From positions 1-55,640 of the forward strand of contig JAAXWY010000011.1 of assembly GCA_013334745.1 (NCBI GenBank): 55,640 bases of DNA. The letters run 5' to 3'. Under the pieces are notes generated by a model. The model did no database searches, was not told the DNA's origin, and worked only from the letters and a program-made list of their open reading frames with translations. This DNA comes from Coriobacteriia bacterium. Lineage in GTDB: Bacteria > Actinomycetota > Coriobacteriia > Anaerosomatales > JAAXUF01. Made by a program: the position numbers and the translations under genes. Of the stretch, positions 37,714-48,379 are shown one piece after another. Within the stretch, counting starts at the first letter, position 1. Each line of letters starts with the position of its first letter.

Positions 37714-38686
37714 CGTGGTCGCAGTTGCGTTCGCGCTGCTCGGCGCGGTCGTTATCCCTTGGGTCGGGATGAGCATGTTCGTGCCGACACTCGAGGCTGA
37801 CATGACGTCCGGTGTCACCAACTACCGTGGCCGGCGGGTCGTGCTGGGTCTGGGTGTCGTCTGGGTCATGTGGGCCGTGGGCATGTCCGTTGCTGCGGGT
37901 GCGCTCGACACCGCAGCATTCATCTGGGCGTCGTGGGGTCCTATGCCCACCGGTGGTTCGTTCATGGTGTTCGCTCCCACTGTGCTCGTGCTCGGCGCCT
38001 TTGCCTTCGGCTTCATCGACGACTCGTTCGGAACGTCTGCCGAGCGCGGTTTCCGTGGACACCTCGCGGCGCTCACGCGGGGGCGCCTCACCACCGGCGG
38101 TCTCAAGCTGCTGGGGATCGGACTCTTGTCAGCCGCAGCCGCGCTGACGGATTCGATGCGCATCGTTCAAAGTCACGGCCTACCCCTGGCACTTGTTCGT
38201 TGGGTTGCCGCGACATTCGCTATCGCCCTGACGGCGAATCTGCTGAACCTCATGGATCTGCGTCCCGGTCGGGCGCTCAAGGTGTACTCGGCTCTGGTCG
38301 GGATGATTGCGTTGACCGCGCTGCTCAGTTCAGGTGCGTTGCGCATCCCCGCACTGCTGCTCGTGATCATGCTTGGACCCGTCATCGCGGTCTGGCGGTT
38401 CGATGTCGGCGAGCGTGCGATGCTGGGCGACGCCGGAGCGAATGCGGCAGGGGTGCTTGCCGGCTGGACCGCGGTGACGCTCTTCACGTCGACATCCAAC
38501 GTCGCCATCTATGCAACGCTCATGTTGCTGCTCAATCTCGCCTCCGAGAAAGTCTCCTTCTCGGCGGTGATCGAGGGTAGCGCGGCACTTCGATGGCTCG
38601 ATTCGCTTGGCAGGAAAGCGCCGGATTCGGGCACAGACACAACATCGGATGAAACCGGTCGCTCAATCGCAACCGGAGAGAAGTAG
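37694..38686 (+). CDS. Divergent MraY/WecA-like (GT4 family polyprenyl-phosphate glycosyl-1-phosphate transferase-like) membrane protein.
   Basis: GFIDDSFG...GLKLLGI resembles the MraY DDxxD...KLLGQ region. ANLLNLMDLRPG is a degenerate NAxNxxDGxDG. 20-nt overlap with the preceding gene. About 9 TM helices. Confidence 0.45.
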   Translation: MTPIVSDVVAVAFALLGAVVIPWVGMSMFVPTLEADMTSGVTNYRGRRVVLGLGVVWVMWAVGMSVAAGALDTAAFIWASWGPMPTGGSFMVFAPTVLVLGAFAFGFIDDSFGTSAERGFRGHLAALTRGRLTTGGLKLLGIGLLSAAAALTDSMRIVQSHGLPLALVRWVAATFAIALTANLLNLMDLRPGRALKVYSALVGMIALTALLSSGALRIPALLLVIMLGPVIAVWRFDVGERAMLGDAGANAAGVLAGWTAVTLFTSTSNVAIYATLMLLLNLASEKVSFSAVIEGSAALRWLDSLGRKAPDSGTDTTSDETGRSIATGEK

Positions 38687-38740
38687 AATCACCTACGGGT
38701 CGGGTCAACACGCGTCGGCTAAAGGAGCTGGGACACACAC

Positions 38741-40351
<1,611 letters not shown>

Positions 40352-40371
40352 GCGCAGATGAGGGCCGGGCG

Positions 40372-41493
40372 ATGAGCGACGAACGTCTGCTGTCGACCTT
40401 CCTCGACCTCGTGCGCATCGATTCGCCCTCGGGTTCCGAGCGCGTTGCAGCCGAGTACTGCCGAGACGCGCTCGAAGCGGCGGGCTGCCGCGTGTGGTTC
40501 GATGACGCCGCCGAGAAGACCGGCTCGGATGTGGGCAACCTCATCGCGCTGTTGCCGGGCGAACTTCCGGGAACGCTGGCTCTGAGCGCGCATCTCGATG
40601 TGGTCGAGCCCTGTCGTGGCATCGAGCCGGTGGTCACCGAGGGCATCGTGCACTCCGCGGGTCCGACGGTGCTGGGTGCAGACGACCGGGCGGGACTCGC
40701 TGCGGCCATCGAAGTGGTTCGTCGGGTCGCCGAGTCCGGTGCTCCAGGACCGACACTGCGCATCATCTTCACGGTGCAGGAGGAGGTCGGCCTGCATGGT
40801 GCCAAGCACCTGCGGCCTGAGGACGTGGCGTGTGATCTGTGTCTCGTGCTTGATGCCGACGGCGCTCCCGGCGGCATCGTTGTCGGCGCCCCGACGCATT
40901 ACACCTTCACGGCGCGGTTCCTCGGCCGAGCATGCCACGCCGGCGTTGCCCCCGAGGCCGGCGTCAGCGCCATCACCATGGCGGCGCACGCCATCGCGAG
41001 CATGGAGCTTGGCCGGCTCGACGAACGCACCACCGCCAACGTCGGGTCGATCCGCGGTGGCCGCGCGACAAACGTCGTCACCGCGCAGTGCGACATCACC
41101 GGGGAGTGCCGCTCCCTCGACAGCGACCGCGTCGAGCAGGTCAAAGCGGATATGGATCGCGCGATGCGTGATGCGGCCGAGCGCTTCGGCGGGCAGGTCG
41201 AGCTCGACTGGAACCTCGAGTACGAGGGTTTCGTGCAGCCCGAGGAGGGTCGTGAGATGTCGGTGGTCGTATCGGCGATGTGCGATGCGGGTCTTGCGCC
41301 GTGGACGTACCTGACCGGCGGCGGATCGGACGCTAACGTTCTCGCCGCGATGGGCATCCCCACACTCGCCTTGGCGTGCGGCATGTCGGGCGTTCATGGC
41401 ACTGCCGAGCAGATCGAGGTCGCGGACCTGAATGCGCTTGCGAGGGTCTGCGTCGCCGCCGCCGTTCGGCTTGGCGAATCGGGTGTGTCGTGA
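40372..41493 (+). CDS. M20/M42-type metallopeptidase (peptidase T-like).
   Basis: HLDVV...GADDRAGLAAAIEVV metal-binding pattern, EE catalytic pair (VQEEVGLHGA) and C-terminal His. Length 373 aa. Confidence 0.65.
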   Translation: MSDERLLSTFLDLVRIDSPSGSERVAAEYCRDALEAAGCRVWFDDAAEKTGSDVGNLIALLPGELPGTLALSAHLDVVEPCRGIEPVVTEGIVHSAGPTVLGADDRAGLAAAIEVVRRVAESGAPGPTLRIIFTVQEEVGLHGAKHLRPEDVACDLCLVLDADGAPGGIVVGAPTHYTFTARFLGRACHAGVAPEAGVSAITMAAHAIASMELGRLDERTTANVGSIRGGRATNVVTAQCDITGECRSLDSDRVEQVKADMDRAMRDAAERFGGQVELDWNLEYEGFVQPEEGREMSVVVSAMCDAGLAPWTYLTGGGSDANVLAAMGIPTLALACGMSGVHGTAEQIEVADLNALARVCVAAAVRLGESGVS

Positions 41494-42590
41494 GACTCGT
41501 CTGGGGCTCGGTGAGTGCGGTCGTCTCCGATGGGGGGGCGGTGCAGCGTCTCAGCGTGTCGCTTGATGACGGCTCGGGCGGCAGCGCGATCAACTACCCC
41601 GACCTCTCGGGCACCTGCGCGACGGGCGACCGCGTGCTCCTCAACACGACCGCCGTCGATCTGGCGCTGGGCACCGGTGGCACCCATTTCGTCGTTGCTC
41701 GCGAAGGCGCTGGAAGGGGAGTCGCGCTCGACTCGGGTAGCGGCGGCCACGTCATGAAGCTGCGCTATACGCCGCTGCAGCGTGACGTTCTGGCCGTCGA
41801 GTCCCAAGAGAGTCCGTTTCACGAAGTGATGGCGGCCGCGAGGTCCGTGGACGGGATGCCCGTGGTCTGTTGCGGGCTCCACAGTCAGGTTCCGCTCGTG
41901 GCTGCTGCGATCAAGCAGGCGGATCCCGCGCTGCGGGTCGCGTACTGCATGACCGATCAGGCCGCCCTGCCCATGGCGCTCTCCGGCATCGTCGCGCAGG
42001 CGGTGGAGGCGGGCCTTATCGACGAGACGATCAGCTGCGGCCAGGCGTTCGGAGGCGGGCTTGAGGCTATCAACCTGCACTCCGCGCTGCTGGCCGCGCG
42101 CCACGTCGCATTCGCCGACATCGCCGTCGTCGCAATCGGGCCGGGCGTCGTGGGTACGGCGACACCGTTCGGGCATGGCGGGATCGGGCAGGGAGAAGCG
42201 CTCAACGCGGCCGCCGCGGTCGGCGGTACCCCGATCGCGTGTCTACGGCTCTCGTTTGCAGACGAACGCGAACGGCATCGCGTCGTGAGTCACCACAGCA
42301 TCGCCGCGCTGACGCGCGTCGCGATGACGCGCTGCCTGGTCGCGGTCCCCACGTTGCCCGGCGAACTCGCGGGGCGGGTTGACGCAGCGCTGCAGGCTGC
42401 CGGCATCTGGGGCACGCACGAACGAGCGGACGCACGGGCCGGAACACAGGACGCTCCCAATCTTCGCGGCCTGACGGTAACGACGATGCGGCGCGGCTTC
42501 GCAGACGATCCTGCATTCTATTTCGCAGCCTATGCCGCCGGAGAGGTGGCCGCACGCTCGGCAAGGCCGAAAATATCGGATAATCACTGA
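41490..42590 (+). CDS. Hypothetical protein, possibly DUF3866-like.
   Basis: GTGA overlap with the peptidase stop. Gly/Ala-rich, 366 aa. No recognisable catalytic motif. The longer ORF-track start at 41376 overlaps the peptidase. Confidence 0.45.
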   Translation: MRLVWGSVSAVVSDGGAVQRLSVSLDDGSGGSAINYPDLSGTCATGDRVLLNTTAVDLALGTGGTHFVVAREGAGRGVALDSGSGGHVMKLRYTPLQRDVLAVESQESPFHEVMAAARSVDGMPVVCCGLHSQVPLVAAAIKQADPALRVAYCMTDQAALPMALSGIVAQAVEAGLIDETISCGQAFGGGLEAINLHSALLAARHVAFADIAVVAIGPGVVGTATPFGHGGIGQGEALNAAAAVGGTPIACLRLSFADERERHRVVSHHSIAALTRVAMTRCLVAVPTLPGELAGRVDAALQAAGIWGTHERADARAGTQDAPNLRGLTVTTMRRGFADDPAFYFAAYAAGEVAARSARPKISDNH

Positions 42591-42741
42591 GGCCCGCGCT
42601 TAGAGTATGCAGTTTGAGTGCTATTGCATTCATTTCGGGGGCGTGTAGACTGGTCGAGGCTTGACACCCGAAAGCGGGTATCTAGCCCTTGCGTCGCCAA
42701 GACGCCGGTACACGAAACCAACTGTGAAAGGGAGTGCGATC

Positions 42742-43857
42742 GTGATCGTCGGAGTCCCCAAGGAGATCAAGAACAACGAGTTCCGTGTCGGCATGACGCC
42801 CGCCGGCGTCGCCGAGTTCGTGGCGCACGGTCACACCGTGCTCGTTCAGGCTTCAGCCGGCGAGGGCTCCTCGTTTCCGGACGCGGAGTACGTTGCCGCC
42901 GGTGCCAAGATGATCGCAACCGCCGATGAGGTCTTTGCAGCTGCCGACATGATCGTGAAGGTCAAGGAGCCTCAGGCCGTCGAGATCGAGAAGCTGCGTG
43001 AGGGCCAGATCCTCTACACCTACCTGCACCTCGCCCCTGACTACGAGCAGACGATGGGCCTGATCGGCTCCAAGGCCGTCTGCATCGCCTACGAGACCGT
43101 CGAGCTTCCCAACCGTTCACTTCCGCTGCTCGCCCCGATGTCCGAGGTTGCCGGTCGTATGGCGGCTCAGGTGGGCGCGACCTACCTGCAGAAGCCGTTC
43201 GGCGGGCGTGGCGTACTCATGGGCGGCGTCCCAGGCACGCACCCCGCGAAGGTCGTCGTTCTCGGCGGTGGCGTCGTGGGCACGAACGCCGCATACGTCG
43301 CCATGGGTATGGGCGCCGACGTCACCATCATGGATATCAACCTCGATCGCCTGCGCTACCTCGATGAGATCTGGGGCAACCGCATCCGTACCGTGTACTC
43401 GAGCAAGCACAATGTCGAGCAGGAAGTCTACGCTGCCGACCTCGTCATCGGTGCAGTACTGCTGCCGGGCGCCAAGACCCCGTTCCTGGTGACCAAGGAC
43501 ATGCTCCCGAAGATGAAGCCAGGTGCCGTGCTCGTCGACGTCTCCGTCGACCAAGGCGGTTGCATCGAGACCACGCACGCGACGACGCACGCCGACCCCA
43601 CGTACTTTGTTGACGGTGTGCTGCACTACGGAGTGGCCAACATGCCGGGTGCTGTGCCAAACACCTCCACGATGGCGCTCACGAACGCCACGCTGCGTTA
43701 CGGACTCGCCATCGCCGACAAGGGCTGGAAGCAGGCGGTCAAGGATGACGCTGCACTGGCCAAGGGCGTCAACGTTCTCGGTGGCAAGGTCGTCTACAAG
43801 GAGGTTGCCGAGGTCCACGGCCTCGAGTACACCCCGCTGGAGTCGCTGCTCGCGTAG
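42742..43857 (+). CDS. ald: Alanine dehydrogenase.
   Basis: [24 protein letters not shown]-terminus. NAD-binding [23 protein letters not shown]. The upstream ORF-track extension was not used. Confidence 0.9.
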   Translation: MIVGVPKEIKNNEFRVGMTPAGVAEFVAHGHTVLVQASAGEGSSFPDAEYVAAGAKMIATADEVFAAADMIVKVKEPQAVEIEKLREGQILYTYLHLAPDYEQTMGLIGSKAVCIAYETVELPNRSLPLLAPMSEVAGRMAAQVGATYLQKPFGGRGVLMGGVPGTHPAKVVVLGGGVVGTNAAYVAMGMGADVTIMDINLDRLRYLDEIWGNRIRTVYSSKHNVEQEVYAADLVIGAVLLPGAKTPFLVTKDMLPKMKPGAVLVDVSVDQGGCIETTHATTHADPTYFVDGVLHYGVANMPGAVPNTSTMALTNATLRYGLAIADKGWKQAVKDDAALAKGVNVLGGKVVYKEVAEVHGLEYTPLESLLA

Positions 43858-43887
43858 TCCCGCTCACAGAAGAGATCCAAACTAATC

Positions 43888-43917
43888 GAGACCGTCCCGT
43901 TTCAACGGGGCGGTCTC
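43888..43917 (+). terminator. Hairpin GAGACCGTCCCG-tttcaa-CGGGGCGGTCTC downstream of ald.
   Basis: 12-bp stem with one mismatch and a 6-nt loop, 30 nt after the ald stop. A weak T follows. Confidence 0.45.
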
Positions 43918-43936
43918 GTCGTATGCTAGACGTGTC

Positions 43937-46180
43937 GTGGGCTTTCGAACGGGTATGAATTCCTTCATGGTCGCGCAGGGCGCGGCCCAGTCGGAGGGGG
44001 TAGCGGTGTTCCTGTTCCAGATGCTCTTCGCGGTAACGGCGGTGTTCATCGGATTCGTCGTGTCGCTGTGGCTGATCGGCTTCCGCGTCATCCGCAATGA
44101 CCGCGTGGCGATCGTCGAGAAGTGGTGGAGCCCCAAGGGTTCACTCAAGGATGCGATCATCGCCCTGGGCGGCCAAGCAGGCTACCAGCCCGATGTGCTA
44201 CGAGGCGGCATCCACTTCCGCACGCCACTCATGTACCGCGTTCACGTGATGCCGCTCGTCACCATCACGCAGGGCAAGATCGGGTACGTCTTCGCGCGTG
44301 ACGGCGTCCCGCTACCTCCGGGTCAGACACTCGGCGCGGTCATACCGGGCAACACATTCCAAGACGTCAAGGCGTTCATCGAGGGTGGCGGTCATCGAGG
44401 TCCGCAGCGGCAGATTCTGCGAGAGGGAACCTACGCGTTCAACCTCGCGCAGTTCGTGATCATCACCGAGGGTCAGATCTACTACCTGCCGATGGGCACC
44501 ACCGCCCAGGAACAGGCGACCATTCAGATGATGGCCCAGCACCTCTCATCGGTGGACGGCTTCAACCCGATCGTCATCAAGGGTGCTGACGACAAGACGG
44601 GCATTGTGACGGTCAACGACGGTCCGTCGCTGCCCATGGGCGACATCATCGCCCCCAACGTGGGCGATCAGCAGGGCGATCCCAACTACCACAACAACTT
44701 CCAGAACCCCGAGGCGTTCCTCGCCGGCGGCGGTTTCCGTGGTCGTCAGTATCAGGTGCTCACAGAGGGCACGTACTTCGTCAACCGACTGTTCGCCACC
44801 GTCGAACTCATCAACAAGATCGTTGTTCCTGTGGGCTACACGGGTGTCGTGGTGTCGTACTACGGGCCTAAGGGCGTGGACACCTCCGGCGAGGAGTACC
44901 GCCACGGCGAGTTGGTCGCGATGGGCAACCGCGGCGTCTGGAGCGAAGCCCTCATGCCGGGCAAGTACGCGTTCAACACGTACGCAGGCTCCATCAGCAT
45001 GGTTCCCACGACCAACATCATCCTCAAGTGGATCCTCGGCCAGAGTGGTGAGCACAACTACGACGAGAATCTCGCCGAGGTGAGCCTGATCACCAAGGAC
45101 GCCTTCGAGCCGCTGCTGCCACTCTCGGTGGTTATCCACATCGACTACAAGAAGGCGCCGCTCGTCATCCAGCGCTTCGGCGATATCAAGATGCTTGTCA
45201 ACCAGACGCTCGACCCGATGGTCTCGGCGTACTTCAAGAACATCGGCCAGACCATGACGCTTATCCAGCTCCTCCAGCAGCGCGCCGACATCCAGGCCCG
45301 TTCGAGTACCGAGATGAAGGCCAAGTTCGAGCACTACAACCTCGAGCTTGAAGAGGTGCTCATCGGCACGCCGCATTCGCAGCCGGGCGACGACAAGATC
45401 GAGCAGATCCTCATGCAGCTTCGTGACCGGCAGGTCGCGGTCGAGAAGCTCGAGACCTACGAGAAGCAGCGCGTGGCCGCCGATAAGGAGCGCGAACTGA
45501 AGGAGGCGACGGCCGTCGCCGAGCAGCAGACGATCCTTACGCAGTCCGAGATCAACATCAGGATTCAGGAGAACTCCGGTCGCGCCGAGCTGCAGCGCGC
45601 CACGCAAGACGCCGAGCGCGTGAAGACGCTGGCAGCAGCCGACTCTGAGCGCGTGAAGTTGCTTGCCGACGGCGATGCAACGCGTGTCAGGCTTATCGCG
45701 CAGGCCGATGCTGAGAAGGAGGCGCGCGTCGGTATCGGGCGCGCTATCGCGATCGAAGAGCAGGTGCGCGCCTACGGCGGGCCGCAGCTCCAGCTCATCC
45801 AAGAGGTCATGGGCAAGCTGGCCACGGCGATCGAGACGGCGAAGATCCCGATCGTTCCCTCCACGTACGTCCAGATGGGCGATAGCGGTGGTGAGGGCGA
45901 CGGTGGGGGCGCCAACGCGTTCAACCTGCTGATGACGCTGCTCGCCACCGATAAGCTCAGCTCGGCGGACAACCCACTCGCTCCGGCTGACCCGGAGCAG
46001 GCAGAGTCGGTGAGAGCGATCAAGGCGGCGATTCGGGAGCAGTTGGCGACGGCAGAGCCCGCAGCGGCACCCACACCGGCACCCGCACCGGCGCCGAAGC
46101 CGGCGCCTGAGGCGCCCGAGATCGTCGATCCGACGCCGAAGCCATCGGTAGAGGTCCCGCCGGAGGGCTCCGCTCAGTAG
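43937..46180 (+). CDS. Flotillin/SPFH (band 7) family-like membrane protein, enlarged to 747 aa, with an internal duplication and a Pro-rich C-terminal tail.
   Basis: N-terminal hairpin TM (VAVFLFQMLFAVTAVFIGFVVSLWLIGF). SPFH-like core. EA-rich coiled coil (AELQRATQDAERVKTLAAADSERVKLLADGDATRVRLIAQADAEKEARV). Duplicated EGGGxRGxQxQ(I/V)LxEGTY segment. APTPAPAPAPKPAPEAPE tail. Confidence 0.6.
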   Translation: MGFRTGMNSFMVAQGAAQSEGVAVFLFQMLFAVTAVFIGFVVSLWLIGFRVIRNDRVAIVEKWWSPKGSLKDAIIALGGQAGYQPDVLRGGIHFRTPLMYRVHVMPLVTITQGKIGYVFARDGVPLPPGQTLGAVIPGNTFQDVKAFIEGGGHRGPQRQILREGTYAFNLAQFVIITEGQIYYLPMGTTAQEQATIQMMAQHLSSVDGFNPIVIKGADDKTGIVTVNDGPSLPMGDIIAPNVGDQQGDPNYHNNFQNPEAFLAGGGFRGRQYQVLTEGTYFVNRLFATVELINKIVVPVGYTGVVVSYYGPKGVDTSGEEYRHGELVAMGNRGVWSEALMPGKYAFNTYAGSISMVPTTNIILKWILGQSGEHNYDENLAEVSLITKDAFEPLLPLSVVIHIDYKKAPLVIQRFGDIKMLVNQTLDPMVSAYFKNIGQTMTLIQLLQQRADIQARSSTEMKAKFEHYNLELEEVLIGTPHSQPGDDKIEQILMQLRDRQVAVEKLETYEKQRVAADKERELKEATAVAEQQTILTQSEINIRIQENSGRAELQRATQDAERVKTLAAADSERVKLLADGDATRVRLIAQADAEKEARVGIGRAIAIEEQVRAYGGPQLQLIQEVMGKLATAIETAKIPIVPSTYVQMGDSGGEGDGGGANAFNLLMTLLATDKLSSADNPLAPADPEQAESVRAIKAAIREQLATAEPAAAPTPAPAPAPKPAPEAPEIVDPTPKPSVEVPPEGSAQ

Positions 46181-46201
46181 CCGCGCACCTATACTGGGTC
46201 C

Positions 46202-47110
46202 GTGAAAAGTCTCATCGCAGAGTACCTCGGTCACCTCTCGGTCGAACGAGGCGCGTCCCAACATACGATCGCCGCCTACGGGCGCGACCTTTCCGAGTAC
46301 GACGCCGTCTTGGCGAGCAGGGGCGTGAGCGAGCCGGACTCGGTATCACGCGACGACGTCACGGCCTTCATTGCTTCCCTCAGGGAGCGCGGACTGTCGC
46401 CTTCGTCGGTCGAGCGTAAGGTTTCAGCGGTCAAGGGGTTTCACAAGTTCCTCGTGCGTGAGGGTGTGACTGAGAATCACCCCACAGCGCGACTCCCTCT
46501 GCCCAAAGTCCCAGAGCGCCTGCCCGACGTGCTCTCCATCGAAGACGTAGACAGGTTGCTGGGCCAGCCCTTTCCCGACTCACCCGCAGGCTCAAGAGAC
46601 CGGGCCATGCTCGAGACGCTGTACGGTTGCGGGCTGCGAGTCAGCGAACTGACAGGTCTCGACTTGACCGACCTCGACCTGTCGGCCGGACTCGTACGCG
46701 TCTTCGGTAAGGGCGGCAAGGAGCGGGTCGTCCCCGTCGCCGGCATGGCAAGTCACGCGCTGGACGCGTACGTGGCTCACGGACGGTCGTCCTTACGTCC
46801 GAAGGCATCACTGGGTGGCAGCGGTGCGTCTGCGGTATTCCTCAATGTGCGCGGTGGGCGTCTGTCGCGAGGCGGCGTGTTCCATATCGTGAAGACCTAC
46901 GGGGCGCGCGTCGGGATCGAGTCGCTGCATCCCCACACCCTTCGGCACTCCTTCGCTACGCACATGCTTGAGGGTGGTGCCGATCTGCGGGCACTGCAGG
47001 AGATGCTCGGGCATGCGGACATCTCGACCACGCAGGTCTACACGCATGTGGACCGTCGTCACGTGCGGGAGGAGTACCTCTCCACACACCCCAGGGCACG
47101 TGTTCGCTGA
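46202..47110 (+). CDS. xerD: Tyrosine recombinase XerD.
   Basis: N-terminal SAM-like domain ([19 protein letters not shown]). Catalytic R...HxxR...Y present in [12 protein letters not shown]...TQVYTHV. Confidence 0.9.
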   Translation: MKSLIAEYLGHLSVERGASQHTIAAYGRDLSEYDAVLASRGVSEPDSVSRDDVTAFIASLRERGLSPSSVERKVSAVKGFHKFLVREGVTENHPTARLPLPKVPERLPDVLSIEDVDRLLGQPFPDSPAGSRDRAMLETLYGCGLRVSELTGLDLTDLDLSAGLVRVFGKGGKERVVPVAGMASHALDAYVAHGRSSLRPKASLGGSGASAVFLNVRGGRLSRGGVFHIVKTYGARVGIESLHPHTLRHSFATHMLEGGADLRALQEMLGHADISTTQVYTHVDRRHVREEYLSTHPRARVR

Positions 47111-47206
47111 GCTCGCGATTCGCTCCATAATTGGTCCGCCAACTGACGGCGGTTGGACTACAATCAGGGGAGTGGGTAGTCCCCAAACTAGAGGAGGGAG
47201 ATCTCC

Positions 47207-48277
47207 GTGAGATCGAAGTGGGTCAAGCTCGTAGCGGTGATGCTCGTGATTGGTCTGATTGCGGCGTTCGCCGGCGGATGTGCCAAGGCGCCGGAGCCGA
47301 CGACTCCTGCACCGGCCGAGAAGCCGAAGACCGACGTGAAGGCCGCAATGGTCACCGACGTCGGTGGTCTGGGCGACAAGTCCTTCAACGACCTCTCGTA
47401 TGCCGGTCTGCAGCGCGCTGAGACGGAGCTCGGTACCGAGATCAAGGTCCTCGAGTCCAAGGAGCCGACGGACTACGAGAACAACCTCAACCAGCTGGCG
47501 ACCGCCGGCTACGGTCCGATCTTCGCGGTCGGGTTCCTCATGACCGATACGGTCAACAAGATCGCCCCGCAGTTCGCTGACGTCACCTTCGGCGGCATCG
47601 ACATCTTCTTCGAGAAGCCGGGCGCCAACGTGGTCGGCCTGAACTTCAAGGAGCAGGAGGCCGGCTATCTCGCAGGCGTCGTCGCGGGCAAGCTGACCAC
47701 CATGAAGGACGTCGATCCTCGTATCAACGACAAGAAGGTCGTCGGCTTCGTCGGTGGCATGGAGATTCCGCCGGTCCAGAAGTTCGAGGCCGGCTTCATC
47801 GCGGGCGTCAAGTCCGTCGATCCCACCGTTGAGGTCAAGAGCGTCTACACCGGCACGTTCACCGACGCCCAGAAGGGCATCGAGGCCGGTAAGAGCCTCA
47901 TCGAGGGTGGCGCCGATATCATCTTCGCCGCCGCCGGCTCGACCGGTAACGGTTCGGCCAAGGCGTGCCAGGACAACAAGGCGCTGTTCATCGGCGTCGA
48001 CGCTGACCAGTTCAACACCATCCCGGGCATCGGCGACACGATCATCACGTCTGCCGTAAAGCGCGTCGACAACGCCGTCTTCTCGACGGTCAAGGAAGCT
48101 GTCGATGGCGCGGTCAAGGGCGGGGAGAACAAGGTCTTCGGTCTCGCCGAGGACGGCGTCGGTCTCGCCCCGTTCCACGACTGGGATGCCAAGATGCCGG
48201 CTGAGGTCAAGGACGCCGTTGCCAAGGCGACCGCAGACATCAAGGCCGGTACGGTCACGGTTCCTGAGACCAAGTAA
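47207..48277 (+). CDS. BMP family (PnrA-like) ABC transporter substrate-binding lipoprotein.
   Basis: Lipobox LIAAFAGGC. BMP/Med-family fold motifs (VTDVGGLGDKSFND). Precedes the ABC ATPase and two permeases. Confidence 0.85.
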   Translation: MRSKWVKLVAVMLVIGLIAAFAGGCAKAPEPTTPAPAEKPKTDVKAAMVTDVGGLGDKSFNDLSYAGLQRAETELGTEIKVLESKEPTDYENNLNQLATAGYGPIFAVGFLMTDTVNKIAPQFADVTFGGIDIFFEKPGANVVGLNFKEQEAGYLAGVVAGKLTTMKDVDPRINDKKVVGFVGGMEIPPVQKFEAGFIAGVKSVDPTVEVKSVYTGTFTDAQKGIEAGKSLIEGGADIIFAAAGSTGNGSAKACQDNKALFIGVDADQFNTIPGIGDTIITSAVKRVDNAVFSTVKEAVDGAVKGGENKVFGLAEDGVGLAPFHDWDAKMPAEVKDAVAKATADIKAGTVTVPETK

Positions 48278-48379
48278 TACCGCACCAGTTTCACGATGAT
48301 CTGATCCTGATCGGTCGGCCGCCTCGGCGAGTGCCATGCGCGCGCCGGGGCGGCCGATTCGTGCCTGACGGGAGAAACG

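Noticed and set aside
44546-46264. 572-aa antisense ORF opposite the flotillin-like gene.
   Set aside because: Arg-rich nonsense composition. The sense strand has an SPFH/coiled-coil architecture.
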